Origin: Candidatus Multivoradales bacterium
GTDB taxonomy: Bacteria; Acidobacteriota; Thermoanaerobaculia; Multivoradales; J023
NCBI GenBank assembly: GCA_965248925.1
Contig: CBDFLE010000006.1
Coordinates: forward strand, 2,208,001-2,272,000
Length of the DNA: 64,000 bases
Direction: 5' to 3'
A program made the position numbers and the translations under genes. The notes below the pieces were generated by a model. It searched no databases, was not told the origin of the DNA, and saw only the letters and a program-made list of their open reading frames with translations. Positions 10,371-19,868 of the stretch are shown here, piece after piece; the stretch's first letter is position 1; each line of letters opens with the position of its first letter.

Positions 10371-11417
10371 ATGAACCTTGCAGAACGGACCCCGACCAGC
10401 CAACGCCTCTTGGATCTCACCGAGGGCATGACCGATCAGCCGGTGGCCATGCTGGCGGATCTGGTCGCCGATCGCTTTATTACTGGCACCCCCAAGCGGC
10501 TGAGCCGCGAAGCGCCGGTGCTGATCTTGCGCTGGGAGGGGGAGACCCTGATCCCCGGTGGTGGTGCCAACGCCATAGCCAACGTCGCCGCCCTCGGTGG
10601 CCAGCCCTTGGTGGTTGGGGTGGTCGGCGACGATCTCTCAGGCAGCCAGCTTTTGGCGGAGTTGGCGCGGCGCGGAGTCAACACTTCTGGTGTGCTGTGC
10701 AAGCCCGGCTACTCGACTCCTACCAAAACTCGCATCTTGGGTGGCGGGCGACACGCGATCAAGCAGCAGATCGTGCGCTACGACATCGAGCAAGACCTGC
10801 GCCTCGGCAATGAAGAGCGGCAGCGGCTGATCTCCAGCATGGCGTTCTGGCAACAGCGGCCGCGGGTCGCGGTGTTGAGTGACTACGGCTATGGCACCGT
10901 GGTTCCGGAACTGATCGAGACCTTGCGCCAACACCTCCACCCCGAAGCGCTAGTGCTGGTGGACAGCCGCTATCGCCTGGCAGATTTTGCAGGTATGGAT
11001 GGGGCAACCCCAAACTTGGAGGAAGCTGAGCAGCTGCTCGGCCACGGCCTTGAAGAGGTCGGTGAAGATCTCGAACGCGAGGGTGAGGAGCTACGCCGCC
11101 GCCTCGGTGCGCGATTTCTGCTGATCACCCGCGGCAGTGCCGGCATGTCCCTTTTCACGGCAGACGCCAGTGCTCACCTACCGGTCCATGGCACCGATCA
11201 AGTGGCCGATGTGACCGGCGCTGGCGACACGGTAATCGGCACTTTCGCATTGGCGCTGGCGGCTGGGGCATCGACCCTGGAAGCTACCTGCTTGGCCAAC
11301 TACGCTGGTGGCGTCGTAGTGATGAAGGCTGGAACCGCGACCCTGGATCGTGAGGAACTCTGCACTGCGATCCAGGCCGATCCGAGACCGTTGGAGGAAT
11401 TGCAATGGGGCGGGTAG
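10371..11417 (+). CDS. Heptose-7-phosphate kinase (HldE/RfaE domain I, PfkB family); start uncertain
   Basis: RLSREAPV, PGGGANAI, LSDYG, TPN, DVTGAGDT. Confidence 0.88.
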   Translation: MNLAERTPTSQRLLDLTEGMTDQPVAMLADLVADRFITGTPKRLSREAPVLILRWEGETLIPGGGANAIANVAALGGQPLVVGVVGDDLSGSQLLAELARRGVNTSGVLCKPGYSTPTKTRILGGGRHAIKQQIVRYDIEQDLRLGNEERQRLISSMAFWQQRPRVAVLSDYGYGTVVPELIETLRQHLHPEALVLVDSRYRLADFAGMDGATPNLEEAEQLLGHGLEEVGEDLEREGEELRRRLGARFLLITRGSAGMSLFTADASAHLPVHGTDQVADVTGAGDTVIGTFALALAAGASTLEATCLANYAGGVVVMKAGTATLDREELCTAIQADPRPLEELQWGG

Positions 11418-11890
11418 TCGAGCAAGCGGAAATGTCGCAGATCGCTGCCAATTTACGCGAGAACGGACGCACCTTGGCGCTGGCCAATGGCCACTTCGAC
11501 CTACTCCATGTTGGCCATTTGCGCTACCTGAGAGACGCTGCCCGCCAAGCCGACCGCCTGCTGGTAGCGATCAACAACGATCTCTCGGTGGCTTCGTTGA
11601 AGGGCGACGGCAGACCCCTGGTGACCGCTAGCGAAAGGGCCGAGTTGCTTTCTGCCCTCGAACCGGTGGATTTCGTGTTGGTCTTCGACGGCGATTCTCC
11701 GGGGCCCCTGTTGGCCCGGCTGCAACCCGATGTCCACTGCAAGGGTACCGACTACGGAACGCCGGAACTGGTGCCCGAGTATCAGCTGGTACGTACTTAC
11801 GGTGGGCAGACCGTCTTGGTGGGCGACCCCAAGGATCACGCCACTAGCGATCTGATCTCCAGAGTGCGAGCGTTGCCCAAGGACGGTTGA
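11405..11890 (+). CDS. Heptose-1-phosphate adenylyltransferase (HldE/RfaE domain II)
   Basis: ANGHFDLLHVGH, LKGDGRP, KGTDY. Confidence 0.9.
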   Translation: MGRVVEQAEMSQIAANLRENGRTLALANGHFDLLHVGHLRYLRDAARQADRLLVAINNDLSVASLKGDGRPLVTASERAELLSALEPVDFVLVFDGDSPGPLLARLQPDVHCKGTDYGTPELVPEYQLVRTYGGQTVLVGDPKDHATSDLISRVRALPKDG

Positions 11891-11939
11891 GCGGCCTGTC
11901 GATATTCACCGCTCTTTCCGTTCGGCCACCGAGCTGACA

Positions 11940-12971
11940 ATGAAAATCTTGGTCATTCGCACCAGCGCCATGGGCGACGTTGTCCACTGCCTGCCGGTGC
12001 TCACCGCTTTGCGTCGCGGACTCCCCGGGTGTCGCATCGGCTGGGTGATCGAGGAGTCTTTCGCGCCGCTGCTCGCAGGCCATCCAGACATCGATCAGTT
12101 GATCGTGGTACGTACACGTGCCTGGCGCCGCGGCCTCGCCACGGCTGAGACTGGGCGCCAGATCAGCGCCGCGATCCGTGCCATGCGCGATTTCCGCGCA
12201 GATATTGCCCTCGACTTGATGGGCAACCACAAGGGCGCCTTGCTGGCTCGACTAAGCGGTGCCAAGCGCCGCCTGGGAGCCGCTCGACCAAACCGCCGTG
12301 AGCCCTCGAGCAGCTTGTGGATCAACCAACCGGTCGCCGTTTCGAGCGTCCATGCAGTGGATCGCGCTCTAGATTTGCTAGCTCCCTTGCAACTGCCCGC
12401 CGCGCCGGTGGATTTTGGCGGTCACCACATCCTGAGCCAAGCACCCACCGCTGCCACCGCCTGGCTGGCCGAGCGGCGGCGCCCCTTCGTAGTCATCCAA
12501 GCCGGTGCTGGCTGGGGCAATAAGACCTACCCGGCGCAATGGTGGGGCGAGGTGGCGCACCAGATCGAAAACCACTGTGGGCTACCCAGCTGGGTACCCA
12601 TCGCCCCTGGCGAGGAGCATCTGGCCAGCGCCGTCGCCACGGCCAGCGGCGGTGCGGTGCGCATTGTAGATGCCCGTTCACTGGCCTTCTTGGCGGCTGT
12701 ACTACGCCGCGGCCGGCTGGTGCTGGGGGGAGACACTGGCCCGATCCACCTCAGCCAAGCTCTCGGCACGCCGGTGCTCTGTGTGATCGGCCCGACCGAT
12801 CCATCGCGAAACGGACCTTACGCGGCGCCCCGGAGCGTTCTCTGGCAGCGCCTCCCATGCAGTTTCTGCTATAAAAGGTTTACGGAACCCAAAGCCTGCC
12901 TGCTAAGCCTTGCGCCATCGATGGTGGCCCAACGGGCAATCGAGCTGCTGACGGCAGAGAGTGGCAAATAG
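11940..12971 (+). CDS. GT9 heptosyltransferase (WaaC-like)
   Basis: ILVIRTSAMGDVVH, GGDTGPIHL, GPTDP. Confidence 0.88.
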   Translation: MKILVIRTSAMGDVVHCLPVLTALRRGLPGCRIGWVIEESFAPLLAGHPDIDQLIVVRTRAWRRGLATAETGRQISAAIRAMRDFRADIALDLMGNHKGALLARLSGAKRRLGAARPNRREPSSSLWINQPVAVSSVHAVDRALDLLAPLQLPAAPVDFGGHHILSQAPTAATAWLAERRRPFVVIQAGAGWGNKTYPAQWWGEVAHQIENHCGLPSWVPIAPGEEHLASAVATASGGAVRIVDARSLAFLAAVLRRGRLVLGGDTGPIHLSQALGTPVLCVIGPTDPSRNGPYAAPRSVLWQRLPCSFCYKRFTEPKACLLSLAPSMVAQRAIELLTAESGK

Positions 12972-13098
12972 GGCCACTGGCCAAGGTAGCCTACAGCCCC
13001 CCTTTTGCCACCCCCCTGGCTCGTGCCACAATGGGCGCCTAGGGCTTTGCGCGCCCGCCACCTACCTACGTTGATGGATTACGGATGGAAAGAAGCTC

Positions 13099-14823
13099 AT
13101 GAGCGATCGATTGGGTGAACTTCTCGTAAAGTCGGGAAAGATCTCGCCGGACCAACTGAATACGGCACTCGAAAAGCAAAAGAAGGAGGGCGGGCGACTG
13201 GGTTCAAACCTGGTCAAAATGGGACTGCTGACCGAGCCCGAGTTGGTCGAGTTTCTGTCCAAACACTTCGGCGTCTCGGCGATCAATCTGGAACGGGTCG
13301 AGATCGAGGAAGCGGTGGTCAAGATCATCCCCGCCGACATTGCTCGCAAGTACACGATCATGCCAGTGGCCAAGGCGGGCGCCAAGGTCACCATCGCCAT
13401 GCTCGATCCGACCAACGTTTTCGCCATGGACGACATCAAGTTCATGACCGGCTACAACGTCGAGCCAGTGGTGGCCTCCGAATCCGCGATCCGCTCCGCC
13501 ATCGACAAACACTACGGCTCGACCCACGCCCTCGAGCTGAAAAAGGTGATGGAGGATCTCGACGACGACGGCATGGCCGGCGGTGACCTTGAGGTGCTGG
13601 AGGAAGAGCCCGAAGAGTTCGACATCGACGCGCTGGAGGAAGAGTCCGACGAGGCACCGGTGGTTCGCCTGGTCAACATCATCCTCACCGACGCCATCAA
13701 ACGGGGCGCCTCGGATATCCACGTCGAGCCCTATGAGAAGAAGTACCGCTGCCGCTACCGGGTGGATGGCGTGCTCTACGAAGTCATGCATCCGCCGCTC
13801 AGGCTGCGCGAAGCGATCACCAGCCGGATCAAGATCATGGCCAAGCTGGACATCGCCGAGAAGCGCCTGCCGCAGGACGGCCGGATCAAGATCAAGACCA
13901 AGGTTGGCGACAAGAACAAAGAACTCGACTACCGCGTCTCGGTGCTGCCAACGATCTTCGGCGAGAAGATTGTCATGCGGCTACTCGACAAAGACAACCT
14001 GATGCTCGACATGACCAAGCTCGGCTTCGAGCCCGAGTCGCTGGCGGTCTTCCAAGAAGCCATCTCCAAGCCCTACGGCATGGTCCTGGTCACCGGCCCG
14101 ACCGGTTCCGGTAAGACCAACACGCTGTACTCGGCCTTGTCGCGAATCAACCTGCCGACCACCAACATCATGACTGCCGAGGATCCCGTGGAGTTCAATC
14201 TTCCAGGGATCAACCAGGTGCAGACCAAGGAGTCGATCGGCCTCAATTTCGCCGCCGCCCTGCGCTCCTTCCTGCGCCAGGACCCGAACATCATCCTGGT
14301 TGGTGAGGTGCGCGACTTCGAAACCGCCGAAGTGGCGATCAAGGCCGCCTTGACCGGCCACTTGGTGCTCTCGACCCTGCACACCAACGATGCTCCGTCG
14401 ACCATCAACCGGCTGATGAACATGGGTATCGAGCCTTTCCTGGTAGCCACTTCGGTGCACCTGGTGGTGGCCCAACGATTGGTGCGTAAGATCTGCACCT
14501 TCTGCAAGGAGCCGGCCGAGACCCCGCCGAGCGCCCTTACTGACATCGGTTTCACCGAGCGCGAGGCCAGAACTTTGAAGCTGTTCCGCGGCCGCGGCTG
14601 CGAACAATGTGGCGACACCGGCTACAAAGGCCGGATCGGGCTCTACGAAGTCATGCTGATCGACGACCGCATGCGCGAGTTGATACTTTCCGGCGCCAGC
14701 GCCATCGAGCTGCGCGAGAGCGCGATGGAGAACGGCATGGTCTCGCTGCGCCTGAGCGGTCTGCAGAAAATCCGCGACGGTCTGACTTCGGTCGAAGAAG
14801 TGGTCCGAGAAACCGTCGTCTGA
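13099..14823 (+). CDS. pilB: Type IV-A pilus assembly ATPase with N-terminal MshEN domain
   Basis: ASDIHVEP, RLPQDGR, Walker A GPTGSGKT, EDPVE, LRQDP, STLHTN, CxxC...CxxC. Confidence 0.93.
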   Translation: MSDRLGELLVKSGKISPDQLNTALEKQKKEGGRLGSNLVKMGLLTEPELVEFLSKHFGVSAINLERVEIEEAVVKIIPADIARKYTIMPVAKAGAKVTIAMLDPTNVFAMDDIKFMTGYNVEPVVASESAIRSAIDKHYGSTHALELKKVMEDLDDDGMAGGDLEVLEEEPEEFDIDALEEESDEAPVVRLVNIILTDAIKRGASDIHVEPYEKKYRCRYRVDGVLYEVMHPPLRLREAITSRIKIMAKLDIAEKRLPQDGRIKIKTKVGDKNKELDYRVSVLPTIFGEKIVMRLLDKDNLMLDMTKLGFEPESLAVFQEAISKPYGMVLVTGPTGSGKTNTLYSALSRINLPTTNIMTAEDPVEFNLPGINQVQTKESIGLNFAAALRSFLRQDPNIILVGEVRDFETAEVAIKAALTGHLVLSTLHTNDAPSTINRLMNMGIEPFLVATSVHLVVAQRLVRKICTFCKEPAETPPSALTDIGFTEREARTLKLFRGRGCEQCGDTGYKGRIGLYEVMLIDDRMRELILSGASAIELRESAMENGMVSLRLSGLQKIRDGLTSVEEVVRETVV

Positions 14824-14884
14824 CATGCGCTCAACGAGCCTCAACGGTTGAACCCACCGGGTGAAGTTCGCGTAGGAAGTAGAG

Positions 14885-17476
14885 ATGGGACGACGCGCAA
14901 TAACGAGACCTCGCATCTTGGTGGCCTGGTCCCGCCGGTTATTGCTCGCCGTGGGGGTTGGTGTAGCGGCGGCAGCTCTCGGTCAGTCTATCCCGCCACC
15001 GCCTTTGGCTCCGCCGGCAGCGTCCGCGGCTCCCCAGCAACCCGCGGACGCCAACCTCGCTGCGCCCTCGGGTCATCCGTCGGTCGAACCTGCCAGCCTG
15101 CTCGACGATCGCTTTCAGCGCTGGTTGGAAGAAGTCGAGCCACTGATCACCGGCCGTGAGCGAGCTCTCTTTCTACGGCTCAAGCGCGACTACCAGCGCG
15201 ACGCCTTCATCCAGAAATTCTGGCAAGTACGCGACCCCTACCCGCGGACGGCTCGCAACGAACTCAAGGAACGTTGGCCACTACGACTGGCCGAGGCGCG
15301 CAGCAAGTACGAGACCTTGGAGGACGATCGGGCCCGCGTACTGCTGGTGCACGGCGAACCCCACGGCTCGTTCGCGGTTCGCTGCACCAAGACCCGCTCA
15401 CCGGCCGAGGTCTGGGCCTACCAGTACAGCGAGAGCCTGAAGAAGCCGTTTCTGCTGGTTTTCGTCCGCCACCGGGGAGTCGGTGTCGCACGACTTTGGC
15501 GTCCATTCAACTCCGGCTTCTCAGTCGATCAGGTTCTTGCCGGCTCACGAGCCTGTATCAACGGCAGCCGGCTACAGCAGGTGATCAGCAACGTCAGCCG
15601 CAAACCGGAGGAATACTCGCGGCTACTCGGCTTGGTGCTGGCCAAGCCGCGACCGCGAACTCTGGAGTGGCTTTACACCTTCGTCGCTCAATCTACTGAT
15701 CTCAAGGCGGACGAGCACCCGTTCCCGGTCACTGTCGACTTTGCATTTCTCGGCAAACACCAGAACCGCACGGTGGTTCAGGGCCTGCTTGCGGTGCCCA
15801 CCGCGAGCACCGTGATTGCTGAATTTGCCGGCTATCGCTCACACGACTTTTTGCTCACCGGCGAGGTGGTCAAGGACGATGTGCTATTTGAGAGTTTCCG
15901 CTACAAGTTCGGTTTCCCGGCCGGTGAGGCACCCGAAGTCGCCCCGCTGAGCTTTCAGCGCTACCTGCGGCCCGGTACCTACCAGATGATTCTCAAGTTG
16001 GAAGATCTCAATTCGGCGGGCGCCTTCCGCAGCGAGCAAGTGCTCGAGGTACCGCGAGTCGAGAACACCATTGTGCTGCCAGCCTTCAAGGATCCCGATA
16101 CCGCCCGCTTGTTCGAGGAGGCCACGGCGGCCGTCGAAGCGGGTGAGACCGGGATCCGCATTGTGCCTCCGAGCGGCGAACTCCACACCGGATTCTTGCG
16201 CTTCGATACCCTGGTCTCAGGCAGCGAGATCGAGAAGGTGCGCTTCTACCTCGACGATCGCCGGGTGCTGACCAAGAATAGACCTCCCTACAACGTCTCG
16301 ATCGATCTCGGCACCTTTCCCGACCTCCACGCCCTACGGGTCGAGGCACTCGACACCACGGGCCATCGAGTGGCAACAGACGAAGTCTTCATCAACGCAG
16401 GCGGTTACCGCTTTGCCGCCAAGCTGGTCGAGCCGCGGCCCGGACGCACTTACACCAACAGCCTGCGGGCTCAGGTCGAAGTCGAGGTTCCAGCAGGACG
16501 AGTGCTCGAGCGGGTCGAGATCTACCTCAACGAGGCGCTGATGGCGACCCTCTACCAAGAACCGTTCGTGCAACCCTTGCTACTGCCGGCCACCGCCGAG
16601 GTGAGCTATGTGCGCGCGGTCGCCTACTTGCCGGACGGCAACTCGACCGAAGATTTGGTCTTCGTCAACGCCCTCGACTATCTCGAAGAAGTCGATATTC
16701 AATTTGTCGAGCTCTACACCACGGCCTTGGATCGCCAGGGAAGGCCGGTGGAGGGGCTTAGTCAAGAGGAGTTCAAGATTCTCGAAGACGACGTGCCACA
16801 GTCGATCGCCCGTTTCGAGAGAGTCGAGAATCTACCCATCCATGCTGGAATCTTGATCGACAACAGCGCATCCATGATTGGCACCCTCGACGAGGTGCGG
16901 CGCGCTGCCTTGTCGTTCTTCCAACAAGCGATCGCTCCTCGAGACCGAGCGGCAGTGATCACCTTCAACAGCTTTCCGAATCTGGCGGTGAAGCTGACCA
17001 ACGATCGAGCCCTTTTGGGCGCCGGTCTAGCGGGATTGACCGCGGAGGGTGAGACGGCCCTCTACGACAGCCTCATGTTCGCCTTGTACTACTTCACCGG
17101 CATCAAGGGGCAGCGGGCTATCTTGGTGCTCTCTGACGGCCAGGATGAGTCAAGCAGATTCAGCTTTGAAGAGACCCTCGAATATGCCCGCCGGGCAGGC
17201 ATCACGATCTATCCGATCGGCCTGCATTTGCGCGACGCCAGCGCCCGCAACCGGCTTCGCAGGCTGGCGGACGAGACCGGCGGCCGTAGTTTCTTCATCC
17301 GCGATAGCAGCGACTTGGAAGCAATCTACAGCCAGATCCAGCAAGAGCTGCGCAGTCAGTATCTGATCGCCTACCAAAGCTCCAACACTGCCGAGAGCAA
17401 GGACTTCCGCACCATCGAGCTGACCGTCGATCGACCCGGAGTCAGCGTGAAGTCGCTGAGCGGCTACTACCCTTAG
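14885..17476 (+). CDS. Secreted GWxTD-like + Ig-like + VWA domain protein
   Basis: Hydrophobic signal-like segment; WLEEVEPLI...FIQKFW..RDP.P.T..NE..E (GWxTD N-domain); MIDAS DNSASM, TALYD, LSDGQD, ETGG. Confidence 0.8.
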   Translation: MGRRAITRPRILVAWSRRLLLAVGVGVAAAALGQSIPPPPLAPPAASAAPQQPADANLAAPSGHPSVEPASLLDDRFQRWLEEVEPLITGRERALFLRLKRDYQRDAFIQKFWQVRDPYPRTARNELKERWPLRLAEARSKYETLEDDRARVLLVHGEPHGSFAVRCTKTRSPAEVWAYQYSESLKKPFLLVFVRHRGVGVARLWRPFNSGFSVDQVLAGSRACINGSRLQQVISNVSRKPEEYSRLLGLVLAKPRPRTLEWLYTFVAQSTDLKADEHPFPVTVDFAFLGKHQNRTVVQGLLAVPTASTVIAEFAGYRSHDFLLTGEVVKDDVLFESFRYKFGFPAGEAPEVAPLSFQRYLRPGTYQMILKLEDLNSAGAFRSEQVLEVPRVENTIVLPAFKDPDTARLFEEATAAVEAGETGIRIVPPSGELHTGFLRFDTLVSGSEIEKVRFYLDDRRVLTKNRPPYNVSIDLGTFPDLHALRVEALDTTGHRVATDEVFINAGGYRFAAKLVEPRPGRTYTNSLRAQVEVEVPAGRVLERVEIYLNEALMATLYQEPFVQPLLLPATAEVSYVRAVAYLPDGNSTEDLVFVNALDYLEEVDIQFVELYTTALDRQGRPVEGLSQEEFKILEDDVPQSIARFERVENLPIHAGILIDNSASMIGTLDEVRRAALSFFQQAIAPRDRAAVITFNSFPNLAVKLTNDRALLGAGLAGLTAEGETALYDSLMFALYYFTGIKGQRAILVLSDGQDESSRFSFEETLEYARRAGITIYPIGLHLRDASARNRLRRLADETGGRSFFIRDSSDLEAIYSQIQQELRSQYLIAYQSSNTAESKDFRTIELTVDRPGVSVKSLSGYYP

Positions 17477-17500
17477 TTGCAATGTGGCGGGGTTGCAGGC

Positions 17501-17559
17501 AAAAAAAGCCGCGAACTCGGGATACCTCGGAGGGAAGGGATGGGAACCCGAGTTCGCGG
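17501..17559 (-). terminator. Intrinsic terminator with 13-bp stem and large C/U-rich loop
   Basis: Minus strand CCGCGAACTCGGG...CCCGAGTTCGCGG followed by CTTTTTTT. Confidence 0.8.
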
Positions 17560-17763
17560 GAGAGAGACGGCCAGACCGTGCTGCTCTCCTGAACTCAGGA
17601 AAGAGCGACGATCTGGATGAGGTGTTACAACATCACCTCGCGAAGCTGTGTTGGCCCGGCCGGCTGCTTCGACCCTTGGCAAGGGCGGCAATCCGCAGCT
17701 TACCGCGTTCAGCTAAAAGTGATCGGCCACAACCAGTGAGCGTAAACTCTATGTGGAATCTAC
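17501..17763 (-). ncRNA. Putative standalone structured sRNA (~265 nt)
   Basis: Own promoter, several hairpins, intrinsic terminator with U7, no credible ORF; antisense to both neighbours. Confidence 0.6.
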
Positions 17764-17769
17764 TGGCCC

Positions 17770-17799
17770 ATCTTAGGTACCCAGCAATTTCTCTGTCAA
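17770..17799 (-). promoter_or_regulatory. sigma70-type promoter of the putative sRNA
   Basis: TTGACA (17799-17794)-N18-TAAGAT (17775-17770). Confidence 0.65.
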
Positions 17800-17939
17800 G
17801 CCCTATGTGGAAACAAATAACACTCGATTGCAAGAATCTTGGTTATTCGTAGCCTTCAAGGCCACTCCCTTGGGTTCCGATCAAATCAGAGTCGAGGCTC
17901 TTGCAGCTTCCTTCAACTGAGTTCTGAGGAGACCGAAGC

Positions 17940-19856
17940 ATGAGAACCCTGCATTTTCTCTTGACCGGCATTGTCGCCGGTGTTACCGGGATGGTGCCAC
18001 TGACCGGCTGCCGTCTCCACCACCTGAGCCAGACAGACAGCGAAGCGGTCACAGTACCGCTCTACAGCATCGAAGAGCTGCTCGACTCTACAACCTATCT
18101 AGGAGCTTCGTTCTCGCCCGACCAGTCGGAGATTCTAGTCTCGGCCAGCAAGACCGGCATCTTCAATGTCTACGCCATCGATGCCACCACCGGCGTGGTT
18201 ACAGCGATGACCGCATCCGACTCCGAGTCTACCTACAGCCTAGGGTACTTCCCCAGCGATGAGCGCTTTCTCTACACCGCGGACCAAGGTGGCAACGAGC
18301 TTGACCATATCTTTGTCCGCGAACTCGACGGTTCCAACCGCGATCTAACCCCTGGCGGCGAGCATAAGGCTCGTTTCTTGGAGTTCGCCTCCGACGGGTC
18401 CTGCTTCTATTTGCTGACAACGGAGCGCGATCCACGGTTTTTCGACCTCTACCGCTACGACAGCGACTCCTACGACAGGAAGCTGGTCTACCGCGAAGAG
18501 ATGGGCTTGACTGTCGCCGACATCGGCCCGCGGGGTCGCTTCTTGGCTCTGCAAAAGACGACCAGCCGCAGCGACGGCGATGTTTTCATCTACGACTTGG
18601 AGCTAAACGATCTCCGATCCTTAAGCGCTGAAGACGACACCGCGAACGAACTCGCTCTGACCTTCGGCCCCGAGGGCAAGAGTCTGTGGCTAGCCAGCGA
18701 TGGCGGCGGCGAGTTCCGCGATCTGCTGCGCTACGACCTGGCCAGCGGCCGCTCAGAGATCATTCTGCAGCCGGGCTGGGACGTCACCAGCGCGTCCTTT
18801 TCCCGCGGCGGACGCTACCTGGTGGTGAGCATCAACCAGGACTCCGGCACCGTGATCCAACTCTACGACGCGACCAGCAGCGAGCTGCTCAAGCCACCGC
18901 AGCCAGCGGCGGCCGACATCAGCAGTCTAGTTTTCTCCCAGGATGAGAGCCTGGTGGCTTTCTACGCTGGTGACGGCCGCAGTCCACGCGACCTCTGGTT
19001 GACCACCCTCGGCGAAAACCCTCGCAAGCTCACCCAGGGTGTGGACCAACGCATTGACCCCTCCCACATGGTGCGCGGCAAGGTAGTGCGTTTCAAGTCG
19101 TTTGACGGCCTGGAGATTCCCGGCATCCTCTACCGTCCTCACTCCGCCAGCAAGGATCACCTGGTGCCAGCTTTGGTCTGGGTACACGGTGGCCCAGGTG
19201 GGCAGACACGGGTCGACTACTCCCCCTTCTTTCAGTACTTGGTCAACCACGGCTATGCCGTCTTTGCGATCAACAACCGCGGCAGCAGCGGCTATGGGCG
19301 GACGTTTTTCGGTCTCGACGATCGGCGGCACGGCACCGACGACCTGGACGATTGCGTTGCCTCGAAGCAGATGCTGGCAGCGAGTGGCTTTGTCGACACT
19401 CAGCGCATTGGCATCATGGGCGGCAGCTACGGCGGCTTCATGACCCTCGCCGCCCTGACCTTCCGACCCGAAGAGTTTGCTCTCGGCATCAATCTCTATG
19501 GGGTCTCTAACTGGCTGCGGACGCTACAGTCGATTCCGCCTTGGTGGGAGTCGTTCCGCGACGCGCTGGAACAGGAAATGGGCGACTTTGACGACGAAGA
19601 GTATCTGCGCGGCATCTCGCCTCTATTTCATGCCGACAACATTGTTCGACCGTTGATGGTGCTGCAAGGCGCCAACGATCCGCGGGTGTTGCCAGCGGAG
19701 TCGGACGAGATAGTAGCCGCGGCGCGGAAGAATGGCGTGCCGGTGGAGTACGTTGTTTTCGCGGATGAGGGTCATGGCTTCCGCAAGCGGGAGAATCAGG
19801 TTGAGGCCTTTCGTCGAATCCGTCAGTTCTTGGACCTCCACCTTGGCCGAATCTGA
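17940..19856 (+). CDS. S9 family peptidase (beta-propeller + catalytic domain), possible lipoprotein
   Basis: VHGGP, NNRGSSGYG, GGSYGG, QGANDPRV, DEGHG; LTGC lipobox-like. Confidence 0.92.
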   Translation: MRTLHFLLTGIVAGVTGMVPLTGCRLHHLSQTDSEAVTVPLYSIEELLDSTTYLGASFSPDQSEILVSASKTGIFNVYAIDATTGVVTAMTASDSESTYSLGYFPSDERFLYTADQGGNELDHIFVRELDGSNRDLTPGGEHKARFLEFASDGSCFYLLTTERDPRFFDLYRYDSDSYDRKLVYREEMGLTVADIGPRGRFLALQKTTSRSDGDVFIYDLELNDLRSLSAEDDTANELALTFGPEGKSLWLASDGGGEFRDLLRYDLASGRSEIILQPGWDVTSASFSRGGRYLVVSINQDSGTVIQLYDATSSELLKPPQPAAADISSLVFSQDESLVAFYAGDGRSPRDLWLTTLGENPRKLTQGVDQRIDPSHMVRGKVVRFKSFDGLEIPGILYRPHSASKDHLVPALVWVHGGPGGQTRVDYSPFFQYLVNHGYAVFAINNRGSSGYGRTFFGLDDRRHGTDDLDDCVASKQMLAASGFVDTQRIGIMGGSYGGFMTLAALTFRPEEFALGINLYGVSNWLRTLQSIPPWWESFRDALEQEMGDFDDEEYLRGISPLFHADNIVRPLMVLQGANDPRVLPAESDEIVAAARKNGVPVEYVVFADEGHGFRKRENQVEAFRRIRQFLDLHLGRI

Positions 19857-19868
19857 CGGCGGAGGGGC

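Noticed and set aside
10371-11890. Split hldE as a possible frameshifted pseudogene
   Set aside because: Separate kinase and adenylyltransferase genes are a well-known arrangement, and both have intact motifs
17484-17852. Short ORFs in the 17.5-17.9 kb gap (122, 72 and 66 aa)
   Set aside because: No convincing RBS or protein-like features; promoter, hairpins and terminator fit a non-coding RNA better
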